Shown: piece after piece, positions 9,039 to 19,800 of the stretch | How positions within the stretch are numbered: position 1 is the stretch's first letter | Layout of the letters: every line of letters begins with the position of its first letter | Assembly (NCBI GenBank): GCA_016180645.1 | Contig: JACPAV010000049.1 | Span: forward strand, 1-40,269 | Direction: 5' to 3' | Source of the DNA: Nitrospirota bacterium | Lineage (GTDB): Bacteria; JACPQY01 | Length of the DNA stretch: 40,269 nt | The notes under the pieces: generated by a model | What the model was told of the DNA's origin: nothing | What the model saw: the letters and a program-made list of their open reading frames with translations, nothing else | Databases searched by the model: none | Translations under genes and position numbers: made by a program

Positions 9039-11050
9039 AATCGTCGTGCGTGGCGCGCGGCGCGTGGCGCGTTGTCTTCACGCTGCTCACGGCCTACGGC
9101 TCACTGCTCACGTTTACAGCCTGTCCGGCAACCGATCTCCCGTCTCTCGGGGCGGAAGCCTCCATTCAGGCCCTGGCCGATCCGGAAATCGTCCCCGCGG
9201 ACGGATCCTCGATCTCCACCATCACCGCCACCATCCGAAGAAAGGGAGGTGAATTTGCCCTGGATGGCACGGAGGCCGTCTTCGCCACCTCGATCGGCCA
9301 GGTCAGTTCGACCACGGTCCCCACCAAGGGCGGCCGGGCCATCACCTCCGTCGCCAGCCTGCAAACCGGAAGAGCCACCGTGACCATTCGAAGCGAGAAT
9401 CTCTCGACGAGATTGGAAATCACTTTTGTTCCCGCGGGACAGGTGGCGGCCATTCGCGGAAGCGCCACCTCGGTCGAGATCAACGTCGGCCAGAAGGAAC
9501 TTCCGATCTCAAGCTCCACCGTCCTCACGGCGCTGGTGAAGGACCTCAACGCCCAGCCGGTGTCGGACGGCACGGAAGTCGTCTTCTCCACGGAAGGCAC
9601 GAACACGGTGAATCCACCCAAAGCAAAAACTGTGGCCGGGATCGCGCGAACCACATTCACCGCCGGAAGCGTGTCGAGTGAATTCGACGTCGCCGCCCAA
9701 TCGGGCGGGGCATCGAGCCGGCTCCGGATCAAAGTCCTGGCGGCACGGGTCGCCTCGATCGAGTTCCTTGAACCGGAAAACTTCAAGACCCCCCTGGGCG
9801 TCATCGGTTCAGGAAGGACCGAAACCCTTCTCATCCAGGCAAAGGTGCTGGACGAGCTGGATCGGCCCGTGGCCAACGGAACACCGGTAACCTTCAGCCT
9901 TTTCGGCGTGGGCGGGGGCGAGACCCTCCAACCGGGTGCGCCCGCCGCAGCCGCCACCCTCAGCGGAATCGCGACCACCCGGCTCCGCACGGGCAAGGTG
10001 GCCGGCGCCGTCCAGGTGCAGGCCGCCATCGATCTGGGCAGCCAAGGTACCGCCTCGGCCGTTTCCCCCACAATCCAAATCCGCGCCTTCCGGACCACGG
10101 TGGGACGATTCCTGGTCGTGCCGAACCCCGATAAACTCAACCTCGCCGGATTCCTGGACCCCAACCTCTTGTTCGATGTGAACGTCGCCGCCGGCGACCG
10201 ATACAACAACCCGGTGGAGGACCTCCTGGTCGCCGTCATCTCGGAATCCGGTGTCGTGCCTACACCGGAGAAGAACGTCACCGGAGCGACGGGCCAGGTC
10301 GGAATCAAGCTCCAGACCGGTCCAATGTGGCCGGTCGACCTCGCCCCGGCATGCCTCGACCGCGCCTCCGCCGTCTATGGAGACTCGTGCCTCAGCCCGG
10401 AGGATGGACTCGTCAGCCTCACGGCCTACACATCCGGGGAAGAGGGCTACTTCGATGTGAACGGGAACGGGGCTTTCGACCTCCAAGAAGACATCTTCTG
10501 CGTCGAAATCGGAAAGGCGCTGTCTTGCCCCGATCCCCTCCGGCCGGACACCTGCACCACTCAAGCCCAAGCCCTGTGCAACGCCGTACATGACATTTCC
10601 GAACCCTTCGTCGATTCCAACGACAATGGAGCGCGCGACGTTTTCGAAACGTTCATCGATGCCAACGAAAACGGCATCTTCGACGACCGGAATGGCCGGT
10701 GGAACGCCTCCACCTTCGTCTGGGACCGAACGAAAATCCTGTTCACTTCCAAGCCGGCCGTGAAACTGATTTCACTCGCGGACAAGACCGCCACGATCTA
10801 CGCCGGGGACCAGAATGGGAATCCCCTGACAGGCGGGAGCAGGATCGATTTCAAGATGAAGACGATCCCCGGCTCTTCGATCGGCTTCGTGGTCGGCCAG
10901 ACCACCTCTTTCACGGTCAAGTCCACCTCCAACCCGGGGACTCAAACGTTCCACTCCCTCCAATTCAATTCCGACCCGAAAGGCGCCACACTGGACATCG
11001 AGGTCACCTCCAAGGAAAACGGCGACCTCACGACCCGGATCACCTTCTAA
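9035..11050 (+). CDS. Ig-like (Big_1/invasin-type) repeat lipoprotein with Ca-binding-like DxNxNG motifs
   Basis: ATGA coupling; signal peptide ending LLTFTAC; repeated A.v.D....PV.dGT.V.F...G.A motifs; C-terminal GDRYNNP, GEEGYFDVNGNG and EPFVDSNDNG. Confidence 0.85.
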   Translation: MKSSCVARGAWRVVFTLLTAYGSLLTFTACPATDLPSLGAEASIQALADPEIVPADGSSISTITATIRRKGGEFALDGTEAVFATSIGQVSSTTVPTKGGRAITSVASLQTGRATVTIRSENLSTRLEITFVPAGQVAAIRGSATSVEINVGQKELPISSSTVLTALVKDLNAQPVSDGTEVVFSTEGTNTVNPPKAKTVAGIARTTFTAGSVSSEFDVAAQSGGASSRLRIKVLAARVASIEFLEPENFKTPLGVIGSGRTETLLIQAKVLDELDRPVANGTPVTFSLFGVGGGETLQPGAPAAAATLSGIATTRLRTGKVAGAVQVQAAIDLGSQGTASAVSPTIQIRAFRTTVGRFLVVPNPDKLNLAGFLDPNLLFDVNVAAGDRYNNPVEDLLVAVISESGVVPTPEKNVTGATGQVGIKLQTGPMWPVDLAPACLDRASAVYGDSCLSPEDGLVSLTAYTSGEEGYFDVNGNGAFDLQEDIFCVEIGKALSCPDPLRPDTCTTQAQALCNAVHDISEPFVDSNDNGARDVFETFIDANENGIFDDRNGRWNASTFVWDRTKILFTSKPAVKLISLADKTATIYAGDQNGNPLTGGSRIDFKMKTIPGSSIGFVVGQTTSFTVKSTSNPGTQTFHSLQFNSDPKGATLDIEVTSKENGDLTTRITF

Positions 11051-11068
11051 GTGCCTCTAACGTAATGA

Positions 11069-11236
11069 CGCGGGCTGAAGCCCGCGGCTACCGGGAATGT
11101 GCATCCCTGGTAGGCGCAGGCTTTATGCCTGCGGAAGACGCTCACCGGTTCCCCATTCTTTTAGAGGCTCTAAGCCACCTGATAAATGTCTTCTCATGTT
11201 CCTGAACATTCCGTAGGGGCGGGGTTCACCCCGCCC
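11069..11236. repeat. Three GTAG-family REP-like palindromes
   Basis: CGCGGGCTGAAGCCCGCGGCTAC (11069-11091, inverted), GTAGGCGCAGGCTTTATGCCTGCG (11110-11133) and GTAGGGGCGGGGTTCACCCCGCCC (11213-11236). Confidence 0.75.
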
Positions 11237-11266
11237 TCCTGCCGGGCGTCCGGAAGGCGGCGCGGC

Positions 11267-11295
11267 TTGACCCTTTCGAAGGATTCTCCTACGAT
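11267..11295 (+). promoter_or_regulatory. Sigma70-type promoter
   Basis: TTGACC-17bp-TACGAT just upstream of ATG 11318. Confidence 0.7.
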
Positions 11296-11317
11296 CCTAC
11301 CCAAGGGAACCGGGCAG

Positions 11318-12289
11318 ATGGGTGGGAACGGAAACATTCGAAAAAAAGCCGTGATGGTCACCGGCGCGACCAGCACGGTCGGCCGCCAACTGATCCAAAG
11401 CCTCTATGAGGACAAGCGAGTCCACTACGTCGCCGCCGTGGCCTTGGAGGATCTCCCTTACTACTTCCAGGACTACAACCCGGCTCGGTTCGGATATTTT
11501 CAGACGAACCTGGTCCGCCCGCGGGACTTGCAGAACCTCTTTACGTCGGACGCGTTCGTCGGCAATGGCGTCAACACGATCGTCCATCTGGCGTTCCAAA
11601 ACCGGCCGCAGGACCGAGGCGAGAAAGTCCACCAACTCAACGTCGAAGGCACCAAGGCCATTCTCGACAAAAGTCTCGAAACCCCGCAAATCAAGAAGTT
11701 CATCTTCAAGTCCAGCTCCACCGTCTACAAGATCCGGCCGCACAACAGCGTGACCCTGGACGAGGACGCCGAGCTCAACCTCGACTCCGATGCGCCCCAG
11801 TGGATCAAAGACCGCGTGGATGCGGACATGCTCTGCATGACGAAGCTCGACAATCGCGCAACGGACATCGTGATCCTTCGATTCGCGAACATCGTTGGTC
11901 GCAACATCCACAGCCAGCTCAACGAGTACCTGCGCACAAAAATTTGCTTCACCGCTCTCGGCTTCAACCCGATGATCAACATGATCCACCCGCGGGACGT
12001 CAGCCGCGCCATTCAGCTCGCCATCCACAGGAAAATCAAAGGCGTGTTCAACGTGGTCGGGAAGGAAACCGCGCCGCTCAAGGACATCGTTCAGGCCAAC
12101 GGCTCGATCACCTTCCCGCTGCCGACTTTCGCCCTCCACTACGCAAACCTGGCCCAACGCGTGCTGGGCCTGACGGAGTACGCCTACTCCGTGGACAGCG
12201 ATCGATCCAAGTACAATCTGCTCCTCGACGGGCGAAAGGCCGAAAGCATCCTCGGCTACTCCCCGCAATCCCACGTCAAGTTCGGGTAA
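11318..12289 (+). CDS. NAD-dependent epimerase/dehydratase family protein (atypical extended SDR)
   Basis: VMVTGATSTVG, IVHLA, NVEGT, FIFKSSSTVY, ILRFANIVG, MIHPRDV and GVFNV motifs. Start moved to 11318 because the upstream extension reads through a REP and the promoter. Confidence 0.85.
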   Translation: MGGNGNIRKKAVMVTGATSTVGRQLIQSLYEDKRVHYVAAVALEDLPYYFQDYNPARFGYFQTNLVRPRDLQNLFTSDAFVGNGVNTIVHLAFQNRPQDRGEKVHQLNVEGTKAILDKSLETPQIKKFIFKSSSTVYKIRPHNSVTLDEDAELNLDSDAPQWIKDRVDADMLCMTKLDNRATDIVILRFANIVGRNIHSQLNEYLRTKICFTALGFNPMINMIHPRDVSRAIQLAIHRKIKGVFNVVGKETAPLKDIVQANGSITFPLPTFALHYANLAQRVLGLTEYAYSVDSDRSKYNLLLDGRKAESILGYSPQSHVKFG

Positions 12290-12428
12290 GTTTTTTCGTC
12301 AATCCCGCAACTATTTTCGCGTGTTGTCCCCAGGATATCCCCAGTCGGACCGCTCAAGCTTTCACATACCCTAGCGCGTTGAAACCACAGCATTCTTCCC
12401 ACATCTTGACCCATTGTGGTGAATGTTT

Positions 12429-12437
12429 TGCTATACT
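12429..12437 (+). promoter_or_regulatory. Extended -10 promoter candidate
   Basis: TGCTATACT, 60 nt upstream of ATG 12498; no correctly spaced -35. Confidence 0.4.
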
Positions 12438-12497
12438 TGACACAGCATGATCAGCCGCGGGGTAAACTGCGAGGAATACAGCGTCGCTCGGTCCGCA

Positions 12498-15400
12498 ATG
12501 AAAGGGCTCGCCCCGATCACGCTCCTCGGGTGTCTATGGATTCCCACCCTTCTGGGGTGCAGCGGGTCGGGATCGACGGGTGCCGGCAAATCCTCCGAGT
12601 CTTCGGATGCTGGTGGGTCACTCTCAAGTTCGACCGGTGGTACCGTGCAGTCCTTGGACGGCAAACTGATCGTCACGATTCCATCCGGCGAGTCCTCAGG
12701 GCAAATTAGTGTGACCGTCTCCATCGCCACCAATGAAGTGCCTTCGGCCGCGGTCAAGACTCTGGTTGGGGATGCCTACAAGATCACCTTGAACGAAGGA
12801 ACGCTCTCGACTGCTTCGATCTCTCTCAAGTACGAGCCTAACCGCGTGATCGCTCCCGCAGGTACACCCGTGGGCTCGATCGTTTCCTTGGCGAAGCTCG
12901 CAGGCGATATATGGCAACCCGTGGAGGGTGCGACCGTCGATACCGCGAACAATCAGATCACGGCTACGGTTTCCTCTTTCAGCATCTTCGGCGTCATCCA
13001 GAAAGGCCTTCAGGGAGGCTCCTCAGCAGGCGGAGGCTCTACGGGAGGCACCGGAGCGGGCGGCGGCCAACCGACCGACACAACACCCCCCGACACTTTG
13101 ATCGGCAGCTCTCCGCTCTCCCTCACCTCCTCCAAGTCCGCTTCATTCATCCTCGTATCCACCGAGTCGGGTTCCACCTTCGAATGCAAATTAGACGCAC
13201 CGGACTTTGCACCATGCAACAGTCCCATCGGGTACCAAACACTTGCCGAAGGCACGCATCAATTCCAAGTGCGCGCAAAGGATAAGGCGGGCAATGTCGA
13301 TTCGAGCCCGCTAGTTTTCGAATGGAAGATAGACACGGTCGCTCCCTCTGCGCCCGACGCGGCCAAGCTCGTGGCCACGGACTTGGTCGCCCCGCTCGTG
13401 GACAGCCTCGCAGGCTTGGCCGGGGCCGTAACTGCGGACGCGGTCACCGTGGTGGTCTACAAGGAGGCGGGACTGTCCACCTCTATCGGGAGCCAGCCGG
13501 TGAAGGCAGACGGATCCTTCGATGCCGTCGGTATCGGCAGCGACCAACGCGACGGCTCCGCCCTTGTCTACGTGGTCGCCGTTGACGCCGCGGGCAACAC
13601 CGGGTCGGCCACCAGCATCCGAACCGACAAGATCGGCGTGGAATCGAAGATTACCTCCTCCCCCTCAACAACCATCATCAACCAGAACGCCACCTTTCAG
13701 TTTGGGCCGGCGACCACGGAAATCCCTTCCTCCTACGAATGCGCCGTGGACTCGGGGGCGTTCGCAGCCTGCACCTCCCCTTTCACATCGGGGAGCTTAC
13801 CTTTGGGCACACACACCTTCTACGTGAGAGGGTTGGACCAATTCGCAAACACCGGCGCCATCGTGAGCAAGACATGGACTTTGGGCCCACAGGACGTGAC
13901 GCTTACGACAAAACCGCCTACCACCACCGTGAACCTGAAAGGTCAAATTGTCTTTACCGCCAACCCCACCGGCACGGGTGTCACCTACCAGTGCCGGATA
14001 GATTCCGGGACTTTTGCCAGCTGTACCTCCCCCTACAATTTCGGCGGACTCTCAATAGCGGCACACACGTTTGAAATCCGCCCCTACGACCAGTTCGGAA
14101 ATCAAGGGACGACGTCCTCCTATTCCTGGACCATCATCATCGGCCCGGACGCCATCGACTCATTCGGCCAATTCGACGGAACCAATGTCCTCTACAACAA
14201 GGGGTCGAACGGAGGTCTGAGCACCCCCGAGCACGTGGCGATCGACCTGGCGAACAAGCGGCTCTTCTTGTCGGACACCGCCAACCATCGCGTGCTCGTC
14301 TACGACCTCAATTCCAACATGACGCTCGTGGATCGCTACCCGGAGTTCGTCCTCGGCCAGCCGAATCACGAATCCAATAGCGCCACCACCCCAGGAGTCG
14401 GGATTCCGGAACAAAGTCAGTGGGGGATGAATTCTCCGCGGGGGCTGGCGATTTACAACAGCCGGCTCTTTGTCGCCGATTCCGCCAACAACCGCATCTT
14501 GGTATTTGATGCCCGATCAGCCGGGAGCGCCAACCTTGTCCTCTGCGGAAACACCACCACCGGGCTGGCTGAGGGCATGAAGGCTTCGTGCGTCATTGGA
14601 CAAGCGGGCTTCTTGACCTCAGCCGCGGCGTTGACGCAGGCCGGCCTCAGCAATCCTCAAGGACTTTCGATCCACAAAGACAGCGCCGAACTTTACGTCG
14701 CCGACAAAGGCAACCATCGTGCACTTGTGCACAGCCTCTCGGCCCTCGCCAGCGGGCAGAACGCGGCCTTCGTCATCGGGCAGGCCGATTTTACAAGCGG
14801 CGCCGCCGATCGAGGGGGGGCCGTGGGGCAGAACACACTCGATTCCCCGTCGGCGGTGGCCTACTTTCACCACAGCACGAGCAATACCTATCGATACTTG
14901 GCCATAGCGGACACGGGAAATAATCGCGTGCTTGTTCATAGCAAGGTGACCGCGCCTACCGTCGATAACTGGGACAACGGCGAGAATGCCGTCTACGTTC
15001 TGGGGCAGAAGCTCTTCACGACCAGCACGATCGATATTGAAGATAACACAGTGGCAGGCGGCCTCTGCGGAGATGGAAACGTCCCCCTGACGACAAACGC
15101 CTGCGGGATGGATACCCCCAAGGGCGTGGCATGGAACGAGGACAGCTCCCGCCTCTACGTGGCAGACATGGAAAATCACCGGGTACTCGTCTTCGACACA
15201 GGATTGATCACGAACGGTCAGCCCGCGGCAAATGTACTGGGGCAGACGGCCGTGACGAACTACGTCTCGTCGGGATCCACCGGGAGCAATACGCTATCAC
15301 TGACGTACACCCCCTCTACGTTGACGGGCCCGTTGACCTTGGCCGCGACAATGGTTCCGGTCGTGACGACGGCCGGCTACACGGTGCCTGCCCGAATTCA

Positions 15401-16751
15401 AATTGAAAGCGAAGCCATTCAGTGCGACACAAAGACGGCGATCCAACTGAACACGTGTTCGCGAGGGATCAAGGGCACCACCGCCGCCGACCATCTCACC
15501 GTGGGCACGGCCGTGCAACGATTCACTCCCTCACCGGTTGGACTTGTCTTCTCTGAGAATGCGTACGGACGTCTCTATGTTGCCGATGGCGGCTCCCACC
15601 GGGTCCAAATGTTCAACGTGTTTCCGGGAGTCTTGGTCAATGGAAAGGATGCCGGCGATACGCTGGGCCACCTGACCACGACCGGGGCAGGTAACATGAA
15701 TGTATCCAGCCCGAACAACCCCTCCTCAACCAGCTTCTTTTCCCCCGTTGACGCCGCATTTGACGCCAACGCACTCCGGCTCTACGTGACCGACAGCAAG
15801 CTCAATCGGGTGCTCTCGTTCGGCGTCAACAGCAGCATGACGCTGCTGGATCGGCAGGCGGACAACGTCATAGGGCAGAGTTCCCTTACCGCCTCCGACG
15901 CAGCCGTCACCCAGGACTCAGGCCTCAGCTCACCCGAAGGAGTGGTTTTTGACGGAACGGCCAACAAGCTCTACGTGGCCGATCGGGCGAACAATCGTGT
16001 GCTGGTGTATGACACGTCGACATTCTCGGACGGTATGAATGCATCCTTCGTTCTCGGTCAGCCGGACTATGTCAGCTCCGCCGCAAATTGCACGAGTAGC
16101 GGCATGAGCGCCCCTTCCGGGTTGGCGATAGACGCGCCGGGAAAGCGCCTCTATGTGGCCGATGCCGGAAACAACCGGGTCATGGTCTACAACACTACGA
16201 CTCTCGGCAACGGCATGTTCATGGACAAGTACCTTGGCGAGGGGGGCGGATGCTCTCAAGGCACCACGCAGAGTACGATGAAGAACCCCAAGGGGGTGGA
16301 CTTGCACCCCACCTCCTACAAGCTTTTTGTGGCCGACACCGGGAACAACCGGATGCTGGTTTACAATGTCGGCGCAGCCGCGGCCAGCGTAACGGATGGG
16401 ATGAACGCCGCAAACGTCATCGGACAGTCCAATTTCACTTCGGCCGGGGCGGGCACTTCGGCCACCACGCTGAATTCACCGCAAGGAGTGGAGGTGGATT
16501 CTTCAAACAATCGGTTGTTCGTCTCCGACACGAACAACCACCGCGTGGTCATCGTCGATCTCGATCTCCTTTCCGATGGGATGAGTTTCATCAACGTCAT
16601 TGGCCAGCCGGATCTCACAACCGGCGCGATCTCCGCCACTGCAATCAACCGTCTTAGGGCACCCCGTGCCTCCACCTACGATTCCGTTTCGAACCGCCTC
16701 TACGTGATCGACAACCAGAATAACCGCATCGCGGTCTTCGAGACCCGGTAG
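12498..16751 (+). CDS. Large surface lipoprotein: Ig-like domains plus NHL-repeat beta-propellers
   Basis: MKGLAPITLLGCLWIPTLLGC lipobox; FEC.lD.g.f..C.SP....L..G.HtF.Vr Ig-like repeats; many P.gva.d...rLyVAD..NnRVLV...VlGQ.dF NHL repeats. Confidence 0.88.
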   Translation: MKGLAPITLLGCLWIPTLLGCSGSGSTGAGKSSESSDAGGSLSSSTGGTVQSLDGKLIVTIPSGESSGQISVTVSIATNEVPSAAVKTLVGDAYKITLNEGTLSTASISLKYEPNRVIAPAGTPVGSIVSLAKLAGDIWQPVEGATVDTANNQITATVSSFSIFGVIQKGLQGGSSAGGGSTGGTGAGGGQPTDTTPPDTLIGSSPLSLTSSKSASFILVSTESGSTFECKLDAPDFAPCNSPIGYQTLAEGTHQFQVRAKDKAGNVDSSPLVFEWKIDTVAPSAPDAAKLVATDLVAPLVDSLAGLAGAVTADAVTVVVYKEAGLSTSIGSQPVKADGSFDAVGIGSDQRDGSALVYVVAVDAAGNTGSATSIRTDKIGVESKITSSPSTTIINQNATFQFGPATTEIPSSYECAVDSGAFAACTSPFTSGSLPLGTHTFYVRGLDQFANTGAIVSKTWTLGPQDVTLTTKPPTTTVNLKGQIVFTANPTGTGVTYQCRIDSGTFASCTSPYNFGGLSIAAHTFEIRPYDQFGNQGTTSSYSWTIIIGPDAIDSFGQFDGTNVLYNKGSNGGLSTPEHVAIDLANKRLFLSDTANHRVLVYDLNSNMTLVDRYPEFVLGQPNHESNSATTPGVGIPEQSQWGMNSPRGLAIYNSRLFVADSANNRILVFDARSAGSANLVLCGNTTTGLAEGMKASCVIGQAGFLTSAAALTQAGLSNPQGLSIHKDSAELYVADKGNHRALVHSLSALASGQNAAFVIGQADFTSGAADRGGAVGQNTLDSPSAVAYFHHSTSNTYRYLAIADTGNNRVLVHSKVTAPTVDNWDNGENAVYVLGQKLFTTSTIDIEDNTVAGGLCGDGNVPLTTNACGMDTPKGVAWNEDSSRLYVADMENHRVLVFDTGLITNGQPAANVLGQTAVTNYVSSGSTGSNTLSLTYTPSTLTGPLTLAATMVPVVTTAGYTVPARIQIESEAIQCDTKTAIQLNTCSRGIKGTTAADHLTVGTAVQRFTPSPVGLVFSENAYGRLYVADGGSHRVQMFNVFPGVLVNGKDAGDTLGHLTTTGAGNMNVSSPNNPSSTSFFSPVDAAFDANALRLYVTDSKLNRVLSFGVNSSMTLLDRQADNVIGQSSLTASDAAVTQDSGLSSPEGVVFDGTANKLYVADRANNRVLVYDTSTFSDGMNASFVLGQPDYVSSAANCTSSGMSAPSGLAIDAPGKRLYVADAGNNRVMVYNTTTLGNGMFMDKYLGEGGGCSQGTTQSTMKNPKGVDLHPTSYKLFVADTGNNRMLVYNVGAAAASVTDGMNAANVIGQSNFTSAGAGTSATTLNSPQGVEVDSSNNRLFVSDTNNHRVVIVDLDLLSDGMSFINVIGQPDLTTGAISATAINRLRAPRASTYDSVSNRLYVIDNQNNRIAVFETR

Positions 16752-16776
16752 GAACTGCGTACCACTCTACCCCTCT

Positions 16777-16835
16777 CGTCGTCCCCGCGCAGGCGGGGAC
16801 CCAGAATCTGGATTCCTGCTTCCGCAGGAATGACG
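16777..16835. repeat. CGTC-family REP-like inverted doublet between convergent genes
   Basis: CGTCGTCCCCGCGCAGGCGGGGACCCAG-AAT-CTGGATTCCTGCTTCCGCAGGAATGACG; two internal hairpins inside a larger inverted repeat. Confidence 0.75.
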
Positions 16836-16897
16836 GGACAGGAAAGTCCTTCAGTCAAGGGGCCGACGACTAGCCGCCGAAGGCTGAACGCTGAGCC

Positions 16898-19800
16898 CTA
16901 CTGATACTTCCCGTTGATTGTGGCGGTAATCTTCCCGGCCCCTGAAGGGCCAAGGTTCTTGCAGCCCGTCAAGTCGACCGAGATGGACGCATCAATGGTC
17001 GTCGGACTGGATGTGCAAATGTCCGGATCGGTGAACGAGAAGCGGAACGCCGTGCATCCCGTGCTCAATCCCGTATCCGGTTCCACACAGTCAGCCACGG
17101 TGAAGTTTGGGGCTGTCTGAGTGGGATTGGTGCATCCTGTGGTTCCCCCACCGCTGGTCGTGGAAGATCCCGACGGAAAGTTCACGGTAAGACTGCATCC
17201 GGCGACCACCGGGTTCTTCAGTTGGTCCGCCACGTGGATGATGAAATTAGCACCGCACTTATCCGCAATCAGGAATTCCTGATTGGTAAGGTAGGTACCG
17301 GTGCAACCGGAACCACAATTACCGGAAGGGGTTCTCGGCGAACATTCAATGCTGAAGGTGCCCACCCTAGTCGACCAGACGACGCGTATGTCGTCCCACA
17401 CGGAAGCATTGGAGGCTTCGTAACGGCCGTTCGGGGGATCGTAAACGCCATTGCCGTTAATATCAAAAAAGATCTCGTCCAAATCCTTCTCGGGATAGCC
17501 TGCATCCCCCAAAACGCACTCGTTGGAATTGATGAAGGGTTCCCCACGATCGTGCAGGAGGCGGACGCAGGCCTTGTCCGGCATCTTGGCGGTATCCCGG
17601 CTCGTGGAATCCTTGTGACGTAATTTGGCGTATCCGGTCGTGGGGGCATTGGTTCCAGTTCCGCAAGCACTTGTGCAGAGTATGCAGAAAATGTCCTCAC
17701 CCAGGCGGCAGACCCGGGGTAGGGCCAGTTCAGTGGCCGAGCATTCGCCATCCCTGTCCCGGTCGTCGCACGAATTGAATTCGTTGCTTTGGCAGATCCC
17801 ATCCCTCGGCCCAGAGCCCCGATCATCGCATTCATCCCACACTCCGTTGGATTCCGCCGGATCGGCGCTACACCCCGGTTGATCGGCGGGACACTGCTTC
17901 CCTGGGATGCAACCGCCATCCTCTATGTGAAGTCCGTCCCCATCCATGTCGATGAAGCCTTCGCTCCCCTTGGTGTAGGCGACGACGGTTCCGCGCCCAT
18001 CACTCGGATCGTCGTAATCGGCAGGGGTTCCCTCGTTGGAGGAGTCGAAATCATTGGGACAGTAAGAGGGACCAGGAAACGACTCGATCACGCGCGGAAG
18101 CGGCGCAGCCGAGACCAGCGTAGCCGTTACGCTGCCGGTGTCCGAAAGCTCCTTGCCTCCACCCCCTTGTATGATGCCGGCCTCGGTTGCAAAAAAGACG
18201 GAGGTGCCGGGAGTCGGGGGGTTTCCATACCTATCGCCAACGAAGGCCGTTACATCCACCTCTTCTCCGAAAATGAGTAGCCCGATGATATTGAATGGAT
18301 TTTCCGCCAGACCGAAATGATCGGTCACGGGCGGGCCAGACTGAATGATGATGTTCTGGATTGTGCCGGTGATCACCTTGCCACCTGGGACCGTTACATC
18401 CACACCCACTTGAACATTTCCTGGAACGGTTCCACCGCGAATCCGGGTGCTCGCCTCCCCTTGCACCGATTCCTCGAAGGCTTCATCGCTCCTGGCCCCC
18501 GCTTCGGAGGCCAACGACTCGCCGCCGCCGCCCTTCACAAGGTAGAAACGGACCTTCGTGCCGTCCCTCACAGGACTTCCGGACTGGTCTTTCACGGCGA
18601 TCTTCAACTCGGCGGTATCGTTCCCCGTGCCCAAGACCCCGATCAGGATCGGGCTCTGGTCAAATTCGATGGTGTAGCCGGAGGAGGACGTTACAATGAT
18701 GGGGACCTGTTTCTGGATGAACTCGACCGTCTCGGTGGACGAGGAAGTCCCCCCCCCCCCGGATCCGGAACAAAGGTCCGCGCATGGGTCGGTAGCGGGA
18801 CAGCCGACATATCCAAGAACCGCAGTGGTCTGAGGTTTGAATCCGGCCTTGAACGTAATCCTCGCCAACCCTGCCCCGTCGGTCGTGGCGATCGTCCCGC
18901 GAGTTGATGTTTCTACCCGATGCGGAAGGCACGTACAGAAGCGGACCACCTGATTTGAAAGAGGTTTTGATGCTGTGTCCAACGCTCGCGCCAAAACGGT
19001 AACCTCGTTCTCGACAGGAGTGGTATCCGGATCATCATCATTCTGCACTCGGCAAGGGGTGACCTCCGGTCCCGCTGGACAATTCTCATAGGTCAAGTCC
19101 AGCTTGCTGATTTTCCCCACGTCGCACGAAATGGCCGTCCCGACGAACGTAACCGTCAAAAGTTGGCTCACGCATCCGCTGGCAGGACAATTCTCCAGCG
19201 TTGAGACCACCGTCGCCTTTGCCACTCCGCTGGACGGCTGAAGACTGACCAGCGCCGCCGAAGCATTGCCGGTAGAATCGGTTTGTACTTCGTAAGACTT
19301 TGAACGATTCGGAAAGATCCCGGCGTCGGTTTCGAATCGAACCGTTGCGCCGGCAACCCGGGCGCCGTTCTTGTCCGCCACGCCCGCCGAGAGCTTGATG
19401 GTGGACGCCCCATCCGCATCGGCTACGGCCTTGTCCGCGGAAAGGATGGCCGCCGGGCCATTGCCAACAACCAAGTAAGTATACCCCGTGGCCGAGGTGG
19501 TCCCAAACGCCGCCGTCACCTCCACCCGGAGGAAAACGTTGGACGCATTCTGACTCGTGCTCGGAATCGGTTTGAGCTTCGCCATGGCGACGCCGGTGTT
19601 GTCCAGCGAGACGCTGACGGAACCTGCCAGAGTCGATCCGGCCGTTGTCGTCGCGAGCTTCGCCGTTTCGATATCGTCCACCTTGAACTGCACCGCAGCG
19701 CCTGCAGGAGGAGTCGTGGTGCCCAGGAGAACGGTAGCTTGGATCACAGCCTCGTCGGCAGTTCCCCTTCCCATCACCAGCTTACCGTCTTGAACCGTAA

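Noticed and set aside
5086-12450. Long alternative-frame and antisense ORFs (e.g. 6044..7888 +, 9166..10308 -, 11297..12274 -)
   Set aside because: They are shadows of GC-rich coding sequence, mostly Arg/Pro/Gly-rich or antisense in-register, with no motifs of their own.
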